Source of the DNA: Trueperaceae bacterium
GTDB taxonomy: Bacteria > Deinococcota > Deinococci > Deinococcales > Trueperaceae
Assembly (NCBI GenBank): GCA_965214405.1
Contig: OZ243956.1
Location: forward strand, 2,976,001-3,040,000
Direction of reading: 5' to 3'
DNA: 64,000 nt
The notes under the pieces are model-generated. The model saw only the letters and a program-made list of their open reading frames with translations, was not told the DNA's origin and ran no database searches. Below are positions 1-9,784 of the stretch, piece after piece (the first letter of the stretch is position 1; every line of letters begins with the position of its first letter). The translations under genes and the position numbers were made by a program.

Positions 1-163
1 ACTTGGTCTTGGGATGATGAAGATATAGATAAATACACAAGTCAAAAATAGTAGATTCAGTTAAATTTGGTTCTGCAATAGTCATAGCAACCGTTCAACT
101 TATGATTGTCAATAACTGGCATTCCATTGGTTTTAAAGAAGAACTGTATGGCGAAGCTAACGA

Positions 164-204
164 GCAAGCCTAAAGACCAATTTATTATGAATCTTTAGGC
201 TTGC
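164..204. terminator. Stem-loop downstream of sucD (possible terminator)
   Basis: GCAAGCCTAAAGA (164-176) is the reverse complement of TCTTTAGGCTTGC (192-204); 14 bp past the sucD stop; no strong U-tract. Confidence 0.5.
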
Positions 205-218
205 GATACCTGAGCTGA

Positions 219-1148
219 CTAAGCCCTCCCCATCGCCTCCATCATCGCATCCCCCATATCCGTCGGCGTGGGCGCGACCACGACACCAGCACTTTCTAAA
301 GCCGCAATCTTATCCTCCGCCGTGCCCTTGCCCCCCGAAATAATCGCGCCCGCGTGCCCCATCCTCTTGCCGGGCGGGGCGGTGGTCCCCGCGATAAACG
401 AGGCGACGGGCTTGGTCATGTTGGCGGCAATCCAGGCCGCGGCCTCCTCCTCGGCGGTGCCGCCGATCTCGCCAATCATGATGACGCCCTCCGTCTGGGG
501 GTCGGCGTTGAAAAGCTCGAGCACGTCCACAAACGAGGTCCCGTTCACCGGGTCGCCGCCGATGCCGACCGCCGTAGTCTGGCCCAAGCCGTTGTTGGTA
601 AGCTGAAACACCGCCTCGTAGGTCAGCGTCCCCGAACGGCTCACAACGCCGATGCGCCCCGCCTGGTGGATGTAACCGGGCATGATGCCAATTTTGCACT
701 CGTGCGGCGTGATGACGCCGGGGCAGTTGGGACCGATGAGCCGGGTGTCGCGGCCCTCGAGAAAACGCTTCACCTTGACCACGTCCATAATCGGGATGCC
801 CTCGGTGATAGCGATGACGAGCGGGACACCTACGTCGGCGGCCTCCATGATGGCGTCGGCGGCGAACATGGGGGGCACGTAAACGACGGAGGCGTTCGCG
901 CCGGTTTGCTCGACGGCTTCCCTGACGGTGTTGAAAGAAGGCAGGTCCACGCTGTAGGTGTCGGGCCGACCGGGCACGCCGGAGTGGTCGGTTTCGCCCT
1001 CGAAGTGGACGGTCTGCCCGCCCTTGCCGGGACGCACCGCCCCGACCATTTGCGTGCCGTAAGCGATGGCCTTGTCCGTGTGAAATGTGCCCGCTTCGCC
1101 GAGACCCTGGATGATGACTTTGGTGTCTTTATTAACGAGAATGCTCAT
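219..1148 (-). CDS. sucD: Succinate--CoA ligase alpha subunit
   Basis: [41 protein letters not shown] (phospho-His); 4-bp overlap with sucC. Confidence 0.97.
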   Translation of the reverse strand: MSILVNKDTKVIIQGLGEAGTFHTDKAIAYGTQMVGAVRPGKGGQTVHFEGETDHSGVPGRPDTYSVDLPSFNTVREAVEQTGANASVVYVPPMFAADAIMEAADVGVPLVIAITEGIPIMDVVKVKRFLEGRDTRLIGPNCPGVITPHECKIGIMPGYIHQAGRIGVVSRSGTLTYEAVFQLTNNGLGQTTAVGIGGDPVNGTSFVDVLELFNADPQTEGVIMIGEIGGTAEEEAAAWIAANMTKPVASFIAGTTAPPGKRMGHAGAIISGGKGTAEDKIAALESAGVVVAPTPTDMGDAMMEAMGRA

Positions 1149-2371
1149 TGGGCTAACTCCACGATCCTTTTTGCCCCGTCTTTCATGTCGTCGGCGCTCA
1201 CCAAGCCGTCGATGCCCGCGTTTTTGATGATGTCTTTGCCTAAGTCAACGTTGGTGCCTTCTAAGCGCACGACCAAAGGCACCTCGAGCCCGACTTGCTT
1301 CACCGCCGCCACCACCCCGTCGGCAATGGTGTCGCACTTCATGATGCCGCCAAAGATGTTGACGAAAATCCCCTTGACGTTGGGGTCTTGGGTAATAATC
1401 TTGAAGGCCGCGGTCACGTTCTCGGCGGTCGCGCCGCCGCCCACGTCCAAAAAGTTGGCGGGCTCGCCGCCGACTTCTTTGATGGTGTCCATCGTCGCCA
1501 TCGCCAGGCCCGCGCCGTTGACCAAGCAGCCGATGGTGCCGTCGAGCTTGATAAAGGATAAGCCGTACTGGGCGGCCTCGAGCTCGGCGGGGTCCTCCTC
1601 GCTCTCGTCGCGCATTTCCGCGACGTCTTTGTGACGCGGCAAGGCGTTGTTGTCGAAGCTCATCTTGCCGTCCAGCGCCATAACTTTACCGTCTTTGGTG
1701 ACGACCAGCGGGTTGATTTCGACTAAGTCGGTGTCGAGTTCGACCGCCGCGTCGGCGAGGGTTTTGGTGAACTTGACGCCGTTCTTAAAGGCGTCACCGG
1801 AGAGACCCAGGCCAAAGGCGAGTTCTCTCGCCCCAAAATCGGTGAGCCCCACACCTGGGTCGATGGTGACGCGCAGGATTTTTTCGGGCGTGTGCTCGGC
1901 GACCTCCTCGATGTCGGTCCCGCCCTCCGTCGAGGCCATGACGATGTTGCGGCCTTGCGCCCGATCCAGCACGACCGACAAGTAGAGTTCGCGGTCGATG
2001 TCGATGCCCTGCTCTATATAAAGCTGATTAACTTTCTTACCCTCCTCGCCCGTCTGGATGGTGACGAGGGTGGAGCCCAGCATCTTTTCGGCAAGCTCGC
2101 GTACCCGCTTTTCAGCCGCCTCTACGCCACCCTTAAGCCCGTCCGTCACGACGGTGACGCCGCCTAAATCGGGGTGCTCTTTGAAACGGCCCTTGCCGCG
2201 CCCGCCCGCGTGAATTTGCGACTTGACGACGACGACCTTGTTACCCGTCGCCTCGACAAGCGGACGCACCGCCGCCGCGGCCTCCTCGGGCGTCGTCGCC
2301 ACGCGGCCCTCGGGGACGGGGATGCCGCGGGCTTTCATGAGTTCTTTGGCTTGATATTCGTGGATTTTCAA
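1145..2371 (-). CDS. sucC: Succinate--CoA ligase beta subunit
   Basis: [50 protein letters not shown] start after GGAGG. Confidence 0.97.
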   Translation of the reverse strand: MKIHEYQAKELMKARGIPVPEGRVATTPEEAAAAVRPLVEATGNKVVVVKSQIHAGGRGKGRFKEHPDLGGVTVVTDGLKGGVEAAEKRVRELAEKMLGSTLVTIQTGEEGKKVNQLYIEQGIDIDRELYLSVVLDRAQGRNIVMASTEGGTDIEEVAEHTPEKILRVTIDPGVGLTDFGARELAFGLGLSGDAFKNGVKFTKTLADAAVELDTDLVEINPLVVTKDGKVMALDGKMSFDNNALPRHKDVAEMRDESEEDPAELEAAQYGLSFIKLDGTIGCLVNGAGLAMATMDTIKEVGGEPANFLDVGGGATAENVTAAFKIITQDPNVKGIFVNIFGGIMKCDTIADGVVAAVKQVGLEVPLVVRLEGTNVDLGKDIIKNAGIDGLVSADDMKDGAKRIVELAQ

Positions 2372-2564
2372 GGTAAACCTCCCATTAGAGGTATCATCTA
2401 TAATCTACAGGTGATACCTCACAAAACGCTCTAGCCTACCGCGGGCGCACCGTCCACGCCAAGTTTTGCGTTGGCGCGCGTACAACTCGAGCGGACCGAA
2501 CCCTTGTTCTCTCAAATGTGATTTTCCGCAAACCTGGAGGTGGGGCCTCGAGTATTCTAGCCTC

Positions 2565-3065
2565 ATGATTCGTACGGCCATCCTGACAGTGAGCGACAAG
2601 GGCTCTCGAGGGGAGCGCGCGGACGCCTCGGTGGGGGAGATACGCGAGCTTCTTAGCGCGGGACCCTTTACCGAGGTGGATTACCAGATCGTGCCCGACG
2701 AGCAGGCGGTGATTCGCTCGAAGTTGCGCGTCTGGTCCGAAGGCGGCGGGGTGGACCTCATTTTGACTACCGGGGGCACGGGGCTGGCGGCGCGCGACAG
2801 AACGCCCGACGCGACCTTGGAGGTTATCGAGCGCGAGGTGCCCGGCTTGGCCGAACTCATGCGCCTAGCGGGGATGCAGAAAAACCGCAAGGCGTCCCTC
2901 TCGCGCGCGGTCTGCGGCACCCGCCGCCAAACGCTGATTGTGAACCTGCCGGGCTCGCCCAAGGGGGCGCGTGAGTCGCTCGAGGCCATCCTCAGCGTGC
3001 TCCCCCACGCGGTAGACACGATGACGGGCGAGAAGCGCAGCGCGCCGGAGGCGTGGCATGAATAA
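2565..3065 (+). CDS. MogA/MoaB-family molybdenum cofactor biosynthesis protein
   Basis: ILTVSD, TTGGTG, RDRTPDAT, SLSR, NLPGSPK; ATG 2565 lies 6 nt after TATTCT. Confidence 0.9.
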   Translation: MIRTAILTVSDKGSRGERADASVGEIRELLSAGPFTEVDYQIVPDEQAVIRSKLRVWSEGGGVDLILTTGGTGLAARDRTPDATLEVIEREVPGLAELMRLAGMQKNRKASLSRAVCGTRRQTLIVNLPGSPKGARESLEAILSVLPHAVDTMTGEKRSAPEAWHE

Positions 3066-3242
3066 AAAGTAATGGTAACAGAACACCTGGGACACCTGCG
3101 TTATTTGGTTGGGTCGGGAAGTGGTTTGGTCGTGACTGAAGCCGACACCGCCTATGCGCGAGACAGCCCATTCACACGCATAGGGGAATATGTGATAAAG
3201 CTACCGTTTGAAGATTCCTGTGTTGCCCTAAAACTTGAGCCC

Positions 3243-4343
3243 TCAGCCAAGCCTCACCTCATGGTCGAGCCCGAGAAGCCACTTGGCAATCCCTCTTTGG
3301 CCCAACGGGATGAATGGCGCGAGAAAGGGGATCAGGGTTCTCGCTACCTTGGCAAAGGGTTTCTTACCCCTGGGAATTTCGGTCATGCGCTCCGTCTGAT
3401 GAACCACCGCCTTATCCACAGGATGACGAAGGCGGTGATAAGCCTCTAAGCGTCCCGCAGCAGCGAGATTGGCGAACACGTAGGCGTCCTCTACACCCAA
3501 GTTCATCCCTCTCGCCCCCAAACCCGAATGAATATGAGCGGCGTCACCTGCTAGATAGGCGTTGCCTTCCTGAAAACAATCTACCAGCAAGCTAGAAATG
3601 CCGAAGTCCGATTCCCAACCAACCGCGCCGTGGGTAGTGTCTTTGGGCAGATGCTCGAGCAAGTTGGGCACGTTGCTGATAACGCGCCAGAGCCTCTCAT
3701 CCAGACGCACGATAAACATTCCGCCCGCTTCGAGCAAAAAGATATGCGCCTCGTTTCGGTCTAGGGGTGTATCTAGTTCTATGTCATAAAGCTTCCAAGG
3801 TTCATCAAACCTCGAGCCTGAAAAAGAGATGTCCAGCGCTTTGCGTACCGTGCTGCTAGGACCGTCGGCTCCCAGAATAACGGGGGGCTTAAGCGTTTCC
3901 TTTTTCCCGTCCGCGTGACTGAGCGTTATGTCCGCGCCGCCCGGCTGCATGGTCAATCGTGTCAGTTCGACCTCGCGTTCGACGGTAACGCCGCGTTCCC
4001 CCAAGGCTTCGCGCATCAGCGCCTCACTTTCGGCTTGCGAGTGAACCAACATGAAAGGGTACTTATGGTTGACCGTTGATAACTGGATTTGAAAAAGCTT
4101 TTTACCCCTTTTCCAAGCGTTGACCGCTCGCACCTTGAAGCCCCGCGCTAGCATCCGCTCGGTAACGCCCGTACTTTCATGTAAGGTTAGAGTACGGGGA
4201 TTTACGCCAAAGGCTTTGGAGTGCGGCGAAGGTTCTGCGAGTTTCTCAATGATTCGCACCCCTATCTCTCTATCAACTAGATGGAGGGCGGCAGTTAAGC
4301 CCGTGGGTCCCGCGCCTACAATAAAAACATCCTTAGCGTTCAT
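3243..4343 (-). CDS. FAD-dependent monooxygenase (PheA/TfdB-like aromatic hydroxylase fold)
   Basis: IVGAGPTGL, ILGADG, LAGDAAHIHSGLGARGMNLG motifs; start taken at ATG 4343. Confidence 0.88.
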   Translation of the reverse strand: MNAKDVFIVGAGPTGLTAALHLVDREIGVRIIEKLAEPSPHSKAFGVNPRTLTLHESTGVTERMLARGFKVRAVNAWKRGKKLFQIQLSTVNHKYPFMLVHSQAESEALMREALGERGVTVEREVELTRLTMQPGGADITLSHADGKKETLKPPVILGADGPSSTVRKALDISFSGSRFDEPWKLYDIELDTPLDRNEAHIFLLEAGGMFIVRLDERLWRVISNVPNLLEHLPKDTTHGAVGWESDFGISSLLVDCFQEGNAYLAGDAAHIHSGLGARGMNLGVEDAYVFANLAAAGRLEAYHRLRHPVDKAVVHQTERMTEIPRGKKPFAKVARTLIPFLAPFIPLGQRGIAKWLLGLDHEVRLG

Positions 4344-4349
4344 AATTTC

Positions 4350-4383
4350 CTTCCTATTGAGAGTGTACACTCTCAATAGGAAG
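4350..4383. promoter_or_regulatory. Perfect 34-bp palindrome, candidate TetR operator
   Basis: CTTCCTATTGAGAGTGTACACTCTCAATAGGAAG equals its own reverse complement; lies between divergent monooxygenase and TetR genes. Confidence 0.65.
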
Positions 4384-4534
4384 TGTAGGGGCAGACGGCA
4401 AGCTTGTCAAGCTTATCTCGCGCTTTGGCAGCTTTCTCTTTTGCAAGGAACTTTCACGAGGCAAACTTGCTATAAGCGAAGGCAAAGCGGAAAGCGGATT
4501 GAAACTAGAAACTACCAATGGGAGAATGGTTCTT

Positions 4535-5095
4535 ATGCCAGCACCTATCCCCGAAGAACGCATTTTTGACGCGGTCATAGAGGTCATTATCGATGTCGGC
4601 TACGCACGTGCGACCACTGCCCAGATTGCGGAGGCCGCAGGTATTGGCGAAGCCACCCTGTTTCGGCGTTTTGGCGATAAAGACACCTTACTCAAAGAAG
4701 CCCTCACCTTTGAGGTGGAGCAGTTCACACGTGAGGCGGTCGCCTATACGGGCGACCTGCGGACGGACTTGGAGCGGGTTGTTAGCACCTACAACCGCTT
4801 GCTGAAACGCAAGGGGCGACTGATTTCTGAGATGATGAACGAGTTACCCAGACGTCCCGAACTGAGCGAGGTCGCCGCCGTCCCTATGAGCGGCATCGGG
4901 AAAGTCACGGCTCTGCTTCAGCGTTACCAAGACGAAGGAAAACTTAAGGGCAAAAAACCGTGGGAAGCAACCTTAGCACTTCTTGGGCCTGTGCTTGTGA
5001 CCAGTGCATTCAAAGGTCTCAACCCTTTACTTCCCGCGGTGCTCGAGCCCAAAAGCTATGTCGAGGTTTTTTTGAGCGGGTGGGAGAGAAGGTAG
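4535..5095 (+). CDS. TetR/AcrR-family transcriptional regulator
   Basis: GYARATTAQIAEAAGIGEATLFRRFGDKDTL HTH; GGAGA upstream of ATG 4535. Confidence 0.9.
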   Translation: MPAPIPEERIFDAVIEVIIDVGYARATTAQIAEAAGIGEATLFRRFGDKDTLLKEALTFEVEQFTREAVAYTGDLRTDLERVVSTYNRLLKRKGRLISEMMNELPRRPELSEVAAVPMSGIGKVTALLQRYQDEGKLKGKKPWEATLALLGPVLVTSAFKGLNPLLPAVLEPKSYVEVFLSGWERR

Positions 5096-5155
5096 TCTCC
5101 TGTCAAGCTGTGACGAGCAGGAGCTTGGACTGGAGTACAGAAATTTACGCAGCTA

Positions 5156-5789
5156 ACGCGCGCAACTGTCGCTTTAAAGGTGAAGTCATTCATTAACGCT
5201 CCCCGAAATTTTTGGTGTGACAGGTATAACCAAGGGAAGGCTTAAGCTCGAGCCTTCAGATGCCCCTGCCAGTCAAACCCCTCGCGCACCGCGCTACTTT
5301 GAGGCATCACGTCTAAACGTATACATTCCTCAACCGCACACAGTTCGGCGTCCCTTTGAAAGCCCAGAACCGCTTTTATTTCGTTTCCTTTGACGTAGTA
5401 GGCTAAAAACTCGCGCGCGTCTAAGTCGCCGTCAATCACCACGTCGTCCCAATCTTCGGCGTGCCCGACGTAGCGCAGGCCCACGCCGTGCTGTTTGCTC
5501 CAGAAAAGGGGGACACCGTCAAAATTTACGTCTTGCCCCAGCATGGCCCTTGCCGCGGTGACACCTTGTTGCATCGCCACGCGCCAGTGTTCGATGCGGA
5601 CGCGGTTGCCGCGGTAGTCAAAGGCGGCCAAATCGCCCGCGGCGTGAAGGCCATCTCCGCCTTCAACGCGCATGGTCGCGTCTACGGACACGCCCCCATC
5701 GTCGTTTTTTGGCACGCCCTCCAAAAAGTCCGTCGCGGGCTCCACGCCGATGCCAACGATGACCGTATCGGCTTGGAGCCTTTCCCCCG
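5156..5789. repeat. 634-bp direct duplicate of 44565-45198
   Basis: Sequence matches by eye at constant offset 39409; flanks diverge at both ends. Confidence 0.93.
5242..5789 (-). pseudogene. 3' fragment (duplicate) of the Rieske/FAD oxidoreductase gene
   Basis: Encodes the same C-terminal residues as 44651..46225; 5' two thirds absent. Confidence 0.88.
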
Positions 5790-6742
5790 GTACCCTGAAC
5801 GCAGTGAGTTACGAAGGCGGCTACTACGGGATGCCCCTTAACATTCACACCGCCACACAGCTCTACTACAACAAGGCGGTCTTAGAGGCGCAGGGCATCG
5901 ACCCGAGTACGCTTACCTCTTGGGAAAACGTGTTGAGCGCGTTTGGAACGCTGCAGGAGGCGGGCGTCATACCTATCGCTTACGGCAACAAGTTCGGTTG
6001 GCCCGGCTCACAGTGGTTCTACGCGTTTCTGGCTCGAGAGGTCGGCGCGGCGAAGGTCAACCAACTCATCGCACGCAACTGCGGCTACGCCTGGACGGAC
6101 GCGGACATCGTCGCCGCCGCGCAGCGCTACATCGACCTCGCCGAGACGGGGTATTTCTCGAGCGGCATGGCGAGCGACGACTACTCCACCGCCACCGCGC
6201 TCTTCTTCACAGGTCGCGCGGGTTTTTTCCACACGGGCTCGTGGTTCGTCTCGGAAACGCTGACGAGCGCGCCGCCGGACTTTGAACTGGGCATCCTCAA
6301 GTTCCCCGCGTTTGAGGACAGCGCGAGCACGAACGACGCCGTTTTAGCCGTGCTCGGCGGCATGTCCGTCACCGCAAGAGCCGCCCAGGACCCCGCCAAG
6401 CGTGAGGCGGCGCTGACCTTTATGGACTGGTGGACGGACCTGACGCAGCAAGTTTACTGGGTGGAGAATATCGGCGAGATCAGCGCGACGGCGGGCGCAG
6501 TCACCGAGGAGACCGCCGGACCGCTCACCATGCAGATCGTCAACGAACAGGTCGAGGGCAACACGGGCACCATCCCCTTCATCGAGCACGTGACCGACCC
6601 GCTCGTCGGCGAGGACAAAATCTGGATGGGCAGCGTGGGCGTGCTGACGGGACAGCTCACGGCGCAGGCGTGGATGCAGAGCGTCGAAGAGGCGGCGGCG
6701 AGCGCGGAGCCGGTATTGGCGCTCGAGGCGGTGTGTCGGTAG
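5790..6742 (+). pseudogene. Sugar ABC substrate-binding protein, 5'-truncated
   Basis: YEGGYYGMPL, LYYNK, GRAGFFHTGSW family-1 SBP features begin at the duplication junction; no signal peptide; ORF residues upstream of 5790 are antisense of the duplicated reductase. Confidence 0.75.
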
Positions 6743-6753
6743 CGCTGATAAAA

Positions 6754-6820
6754 AGCTATTAGCTTTTAGCCGTTAGGTATTAGCCAAAGCTTTTCAAGCT
6801 AACTGCCAACGGCTAACCGC
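6754..6820. repeat. Heptamer-built inverted repeat (NNTTAGC)n...(GCTAANN)n
   Basis: TATTAGC TTTTAGC CGTTAGG TATTAGC, 13-nt spacer, GCTAACT GCCAACG GCTAACC. Confidence 0.7.
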
Positions 6821-6885
6821 CTTTAAGAAATAACTTAGTTCGGAGCAGTGTGCTGCGACGCTGCGCAACAAGTCGGGAGGTGTAC

Positions 6886-7857
6886 GTGCAACGGAGAGCG
6901 ACCCACAAAGCTGTTCAAGCTAAAAGTCGGCACCCGAAGCGAAGGCAAAACACCTGGCTGCCCTACCTCTTCATCGCGCCTGCTTTTGTCTTCTACGTTC
7001 TCTTCCTCGCGCTGCCTATCGTCGGGACCGTCGTCATCAGTCTTTTTACCTGGACCGGCATCAGCTTCAACACGTTGCGCTTCGCGGGGCTGAGCAACTA
7101 CGCGGCGCTCTTGCAAGACCCCATCTTTTGGCGGGCGCTCCTCCACAACGCCTACTTCATCGCGGGCGGCATGGGCTCGGTCGTCATCGTAGGGTTGCTC
7201 TTGGCGGTCTTGCTGGAACAAGATTTACCAGGCTCGAGCTTCTTTCGCGGGCTCTTCTTCGTGCCGACCATCATGTCTTTGGTCGTCGTCGGCATCGTCT
7301 TTTCGCTTATCTTGAGCCCCGAGTTCGGGCTCGTCAATCCGCTCTTGCGCGGTCTCGGCCTGGGTCAGTTCGCCGCCGCTTGGCTCGGCAACCCGTCCAC
7401 CGCGCTGCCCACCGTCATCGTCGTGAACACCTGGCAGAGCTTCGGGCTCGGCATGTTCTTGTTCGTCGCCGGGCTTAAAGGCATCGACGCGGAGCTTTAC
7501 GAGGCGGCGCGCATCGACGGCGCGACGCCCTGGCAGTCTTTCTGGCGCGTCACCATGCCCCTCTTGTGGCCCGTCACCACGCTGGTGATTATCCTGACCA
7601 GCATCAACATTTTGAAGCTCTTCGATTTGGTGTATGTGATGACGAGCGGCGGCCCCAACTACGCCTCGGAGGTGTTGACGACCTACATGTACTCGCAGGG
7701 CTTCGAGTTCAACCGGATGGGCTACGGCTCCGCGCTCGCCGTGGTGATTCTCCTCCTCACGCTGCTCTTTACGCTCTTGCAGGCCAAGGTGTTCTCGGGG
7801 GAGCGGGCGGGGGCGACGCCCAGACCCGTCCGGAAAGACGCGGCGGAGCTGTCATGA
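6886..7857 (+). CDS. Carbohydrate ABC transporter permease (MalF/UgpA-like)
   Basis: ELYEAARIDGA EAA loop, MTSGGP; GTG 6886 after GGGAGG. Confidence 0.9.
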   Translation: MQRRATHKAVQAKSRHPKRRQNTWLPYLFIAPAFVFYVLFLALPIVGTVVISLFTWTGISFNTLRFAGLSNYAALLQDPIFWRALLHNAYFIAGGMGSVVIVGLLLAVLLEQDLPGSSFFRGLFFVPTIMSLVVVGIVFSLILSPEFGLVNPLLRGLGLGQFAAAWLGNPSTALPTVIVVNTWQSFGLGMFLFVAGLKGIDAELYEAARIDGATPWQSFWRVTMPLLWPVTTLVIILTSINILKLFDLVYVMTSGGPNYASEVLTTYMYSQGFEFNRMGYGSALAVVILLLTLLFTLLQAKVFSGERAGATPRPVRKDAAELS

Positions 7858-8701
7858 CCAATCAGTCGGTTTTTTGGCGTACGCTCTCGAGAGTCGCCAC
7901 TTACGCGGTCTTCGTCTTTGTGTTTTTGCTCGTCGCGTATCCGCTCTTCTGGATGTTCTCGACCTCACTGCGCGAGCAGTGGCAAATCTTCGACCAACCC
8001 TTCGCGCTGCCCGAGAGCCTCAACTTTTCCAACTACGTCAGGGCGTGGACGCAGGGCAACTTCAGCCGTTACTTCCTGAACAGCGTCCTCGTGACGCTCC
8101 CTTCGGTCGTCGGCGTCGTGTTCGTCTCGGCGTTGGCGGGCTACGCGTTCGCGAGGCTCGAGTTTCGCGGCAAACGCGCCCTGCTCCTCTTCTTCCTCGT
8201 CGGCATCATGGTGCCGCCGCAAGCCGTCGTCATCCCCGCCTTTCTGATCGTCTCGGAGTTGGGGCTGCTCAATACCTATTGGAGCCTCATCTTCACATCT
8301 TCACCTATCTGAGTTGGTGTCCGGTCGGCATTTTTATCCTGACGACGTTTTTTCGCTCGCTCCCAGTGAGCATCGAAGACGCCGCCAAGGTGGACGGCGC
8401 GACGACGTTCGACATCTTTTGGCGCATTGCGCTACCGCTCGCCAAACCCGCGCTGGCAACGGTGGCGATTTTCTACTTCGTGTGGGTCTGGAACGACTTT
8501 CTCTACCCGCTGCTCTACTTGCAAGAGGAAACGATGAGCACGATTCCGGTGGGGTTGTTGCAGTTCAACGGGCGCTACCGTGTGGATTGGGGGATGCAGA
8601 ACGCGGCGCTCTCCATCGCGGTGCTCGTGCCGCTGGTTTTCTACATGGTGTTTCAGGACAAGTTCGTCAAAGGGCTCACGGCGGGGGCGGTGAAGGGGTG
8701 A
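7854..8701 (+). pseudogene. Carbohydrate ABC permease (MalG/UgpE-like), frameshifted
   Basis: N-half in one frame, C-half (SIEDAAKVDGA, WNDF, KGLTAGAVKG) in another; CATCTTCA duplicated at 8288-8303. Confidence 0.85.
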
Positions 8702-8744
8702 GGCGTGGGAGGTCTCGAGAGGGTTGCACATCAAGTCTACAAGG

Positions 8745-8800
8745 GCGATTAGCTGTTAGCTCAACCTTTGCTAATGGCTAAGAGCTAATGGCCAACAGCT
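8745..8800. repeat. Second heptamer-built inverted repeat
   Basis: GATTAGC TGTTAGC, spacer, GCTAATG GCTAAGA GCTAATG GCCAACA. Confidence 0.7.
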
Positions 8801-8855
8801 TCTTAAACATTTCGTCAGAAACCCACACCTCACACTCGCTACTTGAGGAGACACC

Positions 8856-9634
8856 ATGACCCGCACCTACGTCACGCGCAAAGAATACGACGCTTGGATC
8901 GCCGAATGCGCCGCGCTCGCGGTGGCGTGCGGCTATCCGGTGCAAGAGAGCATGATCAACGACAACACGGGGCTCATCTTGGGCGAGAGTCAGAACGCCG
9001 CGTTCGAGAACGGGATGTGGTCGCGCGAGCCCTTCGAACTCTTCGCCATCTTCGAAGCGGTGAACGAGCCTGCGGTGACGGGCTTGCCTAAGGGGGGGCT
9101 CGAGTACGCCGAGTACGGTGGGCTCTGCGACAAGCTCCTCATCGTGCATCCCGGTAAGTTCTGCTCGCCGCACCTGCACCTGCGCAAGACCGAATACTAC
9201 GAGGTTGTCTTAGGCGAGATGGATTTGTTTTATGCGCAGAGATCAGCGAGGACGAAGCGCTCGGCATCGTTCCAGACCAACTTATGACACCTAAGAAGGT
9301 TAAAGCGGGACAAGCCTGGCCTGATGACATCGTTTTACCCGAGGAGCGCGAGCACACCTACGAGAAGCTCACGCAGTACAAGAGGTTGAAAAAAGGCGAT
9401 CCCAAATTTATTATGCACCGCAAGCACCTGCACGCCTTCGGCTGTCCGAAAGACGCCCGCACGCCCGTCGTGATCCGGGAGAACTCGACGTACAGTCACG
9501 AGCCCACTGAGACGGGTAAGGAAGCGCTTTTTGAGGTGTGGCGCGAGATCAACGACAACGCTTTTTTATTCCCCGAAGCGAACGCGGGCAGGCTGAAGAA
9601 CAATATTCGGGAGGGTGAAGTGCTGAGTCCTTGA
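8856..9634 (+). pseudogene. D-lyxose/D-mannose-isomerase-like cupin, frameshifted near 9238
   Basis: CDKLLIVHPGKFCSPHLHLRKTE in first frame; EISEDEAL...KHLHAFG...VIRENST...DNAF in second frame; GAGGAG RBS. Confidence 0.65.
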
Positions 9635-9784
9635 AAAGAGTTTTTGGAGGACGGCAGAACGAAGGGCGATACGGCGCTCGTATCTTTAGAATCTCACCGA
9701 ATAAGCGAAGGGCAACAGCCAACGAACGCACTTTTAACGCAGTCATTGAAGCTGTCGAAACTTCTCAACAAGAACGGAGACACC

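Noticed and set aside
1..173. AT-rich possible gene tail at the window edge
   Set aside because: No continuous frame from position 1 and no recognisable motif; too short to call
354..1634. 426-aa plus-strand ORF and similar long shadow ORFs (12974..13984, 17339..18187, 54399..55292)
   Set aside because: Antisense to well-supported genes; expected in GC-rich DNA
5145..5170. Integron attC-like GCTAAC/GTTAGC motifs here and at 42341-42354
   Set aside because: No paired R/L boxes, no cassette array and no integrase in the window
5672..5789. ORF-track N-terminus of the SBP
   Set aside because: It is antisense of the duplicated reductase fragment, not a signal peptide
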